Below, piece after piece: positions 56,480 through 64,000 of a stretch of DNA of 64,000 nt. The notes under the pieces are model-generated. The model was not told where the DNA came from, did no database searches, and saw nothing but the letters and a program-made list of their open reading frames with translations. Position numbers and translations under genes: made by a program. The stretch spans positions 21,080,001 through 21,144,000 of the forward strand of contig OZ024748.1 in the NCBI GenBank assembly GCA_964016885.1, read 5' to 3'. The stretch's first letter is position 1. Each line of letters begins with the position of its first letter. This DNA is from Eledone cirrhosa. Its lineage: Eukaryota.

Positions 56480-57058
56480 ATGAAAAAATGGGGAGAAGAA
56501 TACTGCTGGTTGCACATGGATAACATGTAATAAAATAAGTCCCTCATCAGTGATTTGCCGACGATCATAGATATTTCATTGCATTAAAAATCATATACCT
56601 CACGTCGGTGCAATAATAACTAAATTAAGTTATTAGGACAATTAAAACGCGTAAAGCGAGTGAGACAAGATAACAACAAAGAGGATAGCTAACCGTAGAA
56701 GGAAGGGAACAAGCTTCATAGTTATTCTGTTAGCATAAGCTAGGTGAATATATGAGCGCTTAGAAAAAAGACCTTTCAGGAGCGAATTCAAATGTGAGAA
56801 AGAGAGAAAATGTTTTCGTCGCGAACGGGGTGAAGTGAGAAGAGGAGAAACAGTGAGTGAGTGAGTGGAAGTGTGAGGAAGAGTTAACTGACATGACAGA
56901 GGGGGCGAAAGAAAGTAGGAGAAACAGAGAGAGCGAGGGAGCAGTAAGAGAGAGAGAGAGAGAAAAAAACAGAATCGCAGTTTAGGTAAATATATATGAA
57001 AAAATGGGGAGAAGAATACTGCTGGTTGCACATGGATAACATGTAATAAAATAAGTCC

Positions 57059-57063
<5 letters not shown>
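56480..57063 (-). mobile_element. 516-bp unit plus 68-bp partial terminal direct repeat, in (TA)n
   Basis: 56480-56547 equals 56996-57063; related sequence at 37760-37860 and 50870-50980. Confidence 0.7.
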
Positions 57064-57130
<67 letters not shown>

Positions 57131-57135
<5 letters not shown>

Positions 57136-57742
57136 AATTAATATATCTACCAACATTTATATACAGATGCATACCTATGCTAGCAAATATATAGGTTTTG
57201 TCTTAGTAACTTTGTGGTTCAATGCAAGGGGATGCAAAAGAGGATGCAAAAGACGTAAAGTAAGAAAATTATAAAAATTAACTTGCTTACTAAAATTTCA
57301 CACCAACTAATTAGTTTCTGAAAGGGAATAAAAATGGTTTCCGAATGGAACACATGGAGAAGGCCTTTCGTCATCAGGAAGTCTATTCTCAGCTAAGTTC
57401 CCAGGCGATACGTGTACAGTGGGAACTTATACAAAAATAATTCAGTGGATGGAAAAAAGCAAGCGTGGACTAAATTCCAAGACATTGAAAAAATCACTGC
57501 CTACTTGGTCGGTGGCAAATTCAAATGAATCAATCACCTGACATCGAGGTTAATCAGTGAGGAGTGAGGTGTTAAGAAGACAGTAGCCGAACTATTACTA
57601 TGAACTATAGTAGCAGTTTTGGCAAATTTTTGCTCAACAAAATAATTTGGAGATAATTATAAAGAATTAGTATATCTACCAACATATATATACAGATGCA
57701 TACCTATGCTAGCAAATATATATGTTTTGTCTTAGTAACTTT
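57131..57742. mobile_element. 529-bp unit plus 83-bp partial terminal direct repeat
   Basis: 57131-57213 closely matches 57660-57742. Confidence 0.6.
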
Positions 57743-57766
57743 CTCTCTATATATATAACTTAGTAA

Positions 57767-57892
<126 letters not shown>

Positions 57893-58416
57893 GAGTGGGG
57901 GGAGAGAAGAGAGGAGTGAGGGAGCAAGAGAGGAGAGGGATAGAGGGTGGTTTTTGTGAAGGACCGAAGAGAAAGATTTAAAATGTTGGGGCGTCCTCAT
58001 GACAAGGTCAATGTATTTTTCTTTCTTCGTTGAGCCAATCAATATTGACCAATTCCGTGACGGAGATCCACCTGTCTGGTACAAACAGGTACAAACAGGT
58101 AGAAACAGGTACATAAAACACTGTCTTAATATAGCTTGATATAGCTTGATATATGGCTGGTGTGTTAACAAAGTCGTCCTGGCGTTGGATTTAACCGTTA
58201 ACCCTCGGTATTTGTCCCGGCTCACTGAACTTCTGAGTTCGAATCCCATCGATGTCAACTTTGCCGTTTGTTCTGTTGACGTTGTAATTGTAATGTCGCT
58301 CTAATATTGCGCTATAGTTCTTCTTCTTCTTCTTCTTCTTCTTCTTCTTCTTCTTCTTCTTCTTCTTCTTCTCTTACTCTCTCTCTCCCCATCTCTTTTT
58401 CTGCTTGTATTTATAC

Positions 58417-58450
<34 letters not shown>

Positions 58451-58473
58451 AAGTACTTGTTTGCGTATGTATT

Positions 58474-58542
<69 letters not shown>

Positions 58543-58977
58543 TGTATGTGTATGTGTGTATGTATGTATGTAGGTATATATGTATACACATATACATAAA
58601 TCAATATCTATCTATATATATATATATATACTCTTAAATCAATGAACGCCAAAGTACATCGCCATTTAGTCTAACATCTGAACAGATACCTCCAGTCTAT
58701 TCAGTGTATATAATACACTGAAAACAGAGTGTTGAAAGCAATATGTAAATAACAAATATATATTTGCATACATTTGGAAACTAACATATAAAATTACTTC
58801 TACAAAGAGCGATAGAATCGCAAAGCAACAATCGAGACACATTAAAGTAAATATAGGATATAGTGAAAAACTAAAGCACGTCTTAATTCCGTTTCATTGC
58901 TTGGTGTTGTTTGAGGAGAGAGTGATGAATATGCCTGTGTCTGTATGTATGTGTATGTGTGCATATAGATATGTGTG

Positions 58978-59012
<35 letters not shown>

Positions 59013-59180
59013 GTGTATGTGTGTAGGTGTGTGTAATATGTGTGTGTGTGTAGGTGTATGTGTGTAGGTGTGTGTAATATGTGTGTGTCTGTTAAATCGG
59101 ATGTCTGTTTTACAATGTGTAAATTATATTTGACTTTGAATGGTTGAGATAATTTTTATTTAATGCGACCATAGTACGAA

Positions 59181-59282
<102 letters not shown>

Positions 59283-59421
59283 GAGTTAAACAAGATTCAA
59301 TGAGTACATCAAAGAATGATTTTTACAGTAGATTGGAAGCACTCTATGGTAAAATAATTTTCCAGATTATTAATATTAAAATACAAATATTAATAGAATA
59401 GATGTCCTTTTGATCAATTAC

Positions 59422-59474
59422 ATTTTATTATACATATTTCGGAGGTACAACAGTACGTCCTCATCAGACAAAAT
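59422..59474 (-). ncRNA. type I hammerhead ribozyme, intact core
   Basis: ATTTTGT CTGATGA GGAcGTAC tgtt GTACcTCC GAAA TATGTA TA^ATAAAAT. Confidence 0.8.
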
Positions 59475-59678
59475 ATAATGATACATGACATACCCTGAGA
59501 TGTTAAATGGTTAAGATTTAATCAAGGTAGTGATTAACCCAAGAGAAAAGTCAACATTTATACCCAAATAATGAGAAAATGCGAAAACGTAATAAATTCA
59601 ATATGCATATATATATATATATATATAAATATACTTGTATGTGTGAGTAAGTGTGTGTGTACATATATGTATCTATAC

Positions 59679-59737
<59 letters not shown>

Positions 59738-59945
59738 TAAATTTATGGAACAAATATGCGTATTTACCAAATAATAGTATTTGTGCTTGCTTACATGTTT
59801 CTATGCATACATATATACCTACATACATATATAGATACATATATACATATATATACATACACACTCACATACATACATACATGCATACATACATACGTAA
59901 AGGGAAGACAGCATTAGTTCAATTACGAACATTAGTTTAATCCGC

Positions 59946-60112
59946 AGAGCGTCGGACACTATGCTTCGTGGCATAGACTTACGTCCCTTTACGTTCTGAG
60001 TTCAAATCCTGCCGAGGTTAGCTTCTTTACGCCGTCGATAAAATATACCACCAGTAATGCACTGGGGTCGATTTACTCGACTTTCCCCTCCACTTCAAAT
60101 TGCTGGCATTAG
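59946..60112 (+). mobile_element. SINE A, long form, with internal deletion
   Basis: B-box and GGGGTCGATTTACTCGACTTTCCCC. Confidence 0.8.
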
Positions 60113-60240
60113 GTCTGAACTTTTGAGCTGGACTTGGTAAATATGGCTGACAACTCGGAGTAGATTTCAGACTCATTGTGGAGAATCTTTCGTTTCTGTC
60201 AAACTTGCTACATACATTGTCTTCACTAACTGCACCTCTC

Positions 60241-61508
60241 ACACCATCATCACAACCGTCACAGCTATCACCACCACCACACCACCATCACCACCATCAC
60301 CACCAACCTGACCATCACCACCATCATCATCATCACCACCATCACCACCATCACCACCGTCACCACCATCACCACCATCAGCAACATCACCACCATCACC
60401 ACCATCAACCCCACCATCACCACCATCACCGCCAAGCCCACCAACCCCACCATCACCACCATCACCGCCATCCCCACCAACCCCACCATCACCACCATCA
60501 CCACCATCACGACCAACCTCATCATCACCACGATCATCATCATCACCGCCATCAGCAACATCACCACCATCACCACCAACCCCACAAACCCCACCATCAC
60601 CACCATCGCCGCCATCCCCACCATCACCACCATCACCACCAACCTCACCATCACCACCATCATCATCATCATCAACACCATCACCACCAACCTCACCATA
60701 ACCACCATCACCGCCAACACCACCAACCCCACCGTCACCACCATCACCACCATCACCACCATCACCACCATCATCATCATCATCATCATCACAACTGTCA
60801 CAGTTATCACTACCACTACACCATCAGAATGTCACATTAATACCACCACCACCACCATTAGTATCACTACCACCACCATCACCACCACCATTACCACCAA
60901 CACCACCACCACCACCATCATTACCACCAACACCACCACCACCACCACCATTACCACCAACACTACCAACACCACCACCATCACCACCACCACCACCACC
61001 CCTACCACCACCACCACCAACACCACCACCACCACCATCATCACCACCACCACCACCCCTACCATCATTACCACCAACACCACCACCATCACCACCACCA
61101 TTACCACCAACACTACCAACACCACCACCACCACCACCACCATTACCACCAACACTACCAACACCCCCACCACCACCACCACCATCACCACCACCATTAC
61201 CACCACCACCATCACCACCACCACCAACACCACCACCACCACCATCATCACCACCACCACCACCATCACCACCACCATTACCACCACCACCATCACCCCC
61301 ACCACCAACACCACCACCACCACCATCATCACCACCACCACAACCCCTACCATCATTACCACCAACACCACCACCATCACCACCACCATTACCACCAACA
61401 CTACCAACACCACCACCACCACCACCACCATCACCACCACCATTTCCACCACCACCACCACCACCACCACCACCACCACCACCCACCCCCACCTCCACCC
61501 CCACCACC
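60241..61508. repeat. (CAC/CAT/CAA)n microsatellite
   Basis: direct inspection; source of the poly-His and poly-Gly ORFs. Confidence 0.95.
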
Positions 61509-61592
61509 TGCCACTATCCAATAATATTAATATTCAATAGTGAAGAAAACTTGACGTAATATTAATAAAATTACTTTAGTCGTGTAGTTGTC

Positions 61593-61635
<43 letters not shown>

Positions 61636-61642
61636 ATATACA

Positions 61643-61741
<99 letters not shown>

Positions 61742-61904
61742 TATATACATATATATATGCATATATATCATATATACATACATATCTATAATAAAAACAT
61801 ATATGCATGTATATAATAAATATATGCATTTGTACCTGTACGTGTGTGTGCGCATGTGCATTTGTATATAAATAATTATGATATCTACGTGTGTTTATAT
61901 ATAG

Positions 61905-62018
<114 letters not shown>

Positions 62019-62037
62019 CACATATATATATATATAT

Positions 62038-62125
<88 letters not shown>

Positions 62126-62184
62126 GTATATATATATACATATGTATATATATATACATATATATGTGTGTGTGTGTGTATGTA

Positions 62185-62244
<60 letters not shown>

Positions 62245-62984
62245 TAGATATATAACGACATACAGACACAGGCGCACACACATTCTTACATACTAATAAT
62301 ACTAATATATATACGCACACACAGACGTAGTGTAAACATGCATCTTTCCATTCTAACAGTTTGCTAATGTAAATATGTTAAAGAATTAATCATAGTCCAC
62401 ATATGGCGATGTGAATTTTTATGACATTTGCTTGAAAAGAAATCAAAGATACACTAAAATATTCCTTGCTTGGCATTTCTCTTCTTGTGGAATCATTATT
62501 AAAAACTCCTCAGGTATATACATATATATACACATATATATATATATATATATAATATATGTGTATATATATATATATATAGAGAGAGAGAGACAGAGAG
62601 AGTGAGGGCGGGAGAAAGAGTGTGTGTATATGTGAGCGTGTAGATATATATACATATATATATATATATATTTCTGTGTGTATGTGTAACTTCCAATGGC
62701 AATATGAATGTGTTAAAGATTATATACTTATGAATTTAGGTGCATATATATGTCTGCGTGTGCCTGTGTATGTGTGCTGCTGTGTGTATATGTCTGTGTG
62801 TATATGTGTATATGTGTGTGTGCCTCTTTGTGTGTGTGTGTGCCTGTTTGTGTGTAAGTATGTGTGTACAATGATCTATAAACACCAAGTGCAGGTAGGG
62901 ATATAGTTTATTGAAAGAGTTTTACATATTTATTATTTTTCTTATCAATGGGCAAATATTGAGCATAGATCAACTTAGAGGAGT

Positions 62985-63023
<39 letters not shown>

Positions 63024-63080
63024 TATAGATATATATGATATAAATATATGTAAATATGTGTACGTATATATATATATAAT

Positions 63081-63178
<98 letters not shown>

Positions 63179-63340
63179 TATGCTTATATATATGAGCATG
63201 TGCATATTTGTATGTATATATATATATATATAAGCATATGTGAGTGATTAAATGTGTGTATTGTCTATGTAGAATATATATATATACATATATATACATA
63301 TATATATATATATGTGTATATATATATATATACATATATA

Positions 63341-64000
63341 TAAATGAAAGTATAGAAATTATTGTGAGCTTGAAGCCAACAGTATTTCATAATATATAAG
63401 TGACTATAACGTCAAAATCGAAAATAATTAACGTAAGGTGTGGGAAAATAATTCAAACTCCATTCAAAAAAATCAAGACATAGATTTATCCATAGAATTT
63501 TGTGAAATCCAGGGAAAAATCAATAGAGCCTTAACTCTGAATAAAATAAAGTTTAAATACTCATACTTCAATTTGGAAAAACTTCAAATATAGTCTTAAA
63601 AAAACTATTTCACGAAACTTTCAGTGGTGCTGGTCACGGTTGGAGTCGTTCATCAGTAGAGCTCAACACGATAACCCTAAGACACTGCCAGAATATGCCA
63701 AAAAGGGAATTTAAAAGCAGGCTAGTTCAACTCATGCGTAAATATGAAAATAAACGCACATGGAGAGACATGGCTGGTGACGTCAGAATGAAACTAATGT
63801 CTGTTTACAGGAAACAGCAGTCAAAAAACATTCCGAAAAAACTCTACAAATGTAAGGAGTTCAAGAAAATAGCAATATTATCGCGGGGCTTTTTGAAAAG
63901 CGACCGCAATTAGTCACAAATAATTTTAAACACTCTAGGAAAAAATTCCGAGTATAAATATAAATGAAAGTATAGAAATTATTGTGAGCGTGAAGCCAAC
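63341..64000. repeat. 620-bp unit with a direct repeat of its start (runs off the window)
   Basis: 63341-63380 closely matches 63961-64000. Confidence 0.7.

Noticed and set aside
60178-61521. poly-His and poly-Gly ORFs resembling beak or cuticle proteins
   Set aside because: They come from a trinucleotide microsatellite with no signal peptide or unique sequence.
63695-63913. 72-aa basic ORF
   Set aside because: It is short, has no recognisable family and lies inside a repeat unit.

Overview
AT-rich, microsatellite-saturated animal non-coding DNA. The SINE families and repeat landscape look like a cephalopod, most likely an octopus; this is recognised from memory, not searched. No host protein-coding gene is supported, and nearly every listed ORF is a translation of simple or tandem repeats. 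The window holds about 20 copies of one tRNA-derived SINE family, several CORE-type SINEs, and relics of RTE, R4/Dong and CR1-type LINEs. It also holds a four-copy bipartite RTE-derived element, a hAT MITE, a Tc1/pogo MITE and several minisatellites. The strongest hidden signal is a dense set of minimal type I hammerhead ribozyme (HHR) motifs: about 10 with intact-looking cores and about 10 decayed, from at least 6 sequence families, with one visible compensatory stem change. They sit in short non-coding units inserted in (TA)n tracts. These units show Penelope-like pseudo-LTR (pLTR) or retrozyme architecture: tandem units, partial terminal direct repeats, and inverted arms with a one-sided 55-85 nt tail. 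Some palindromes fold back at ribozyme stem II, and one arm ends beside the predicted cleavage site. Coordinates were read by eye; element boundaries may be off by a few bases.
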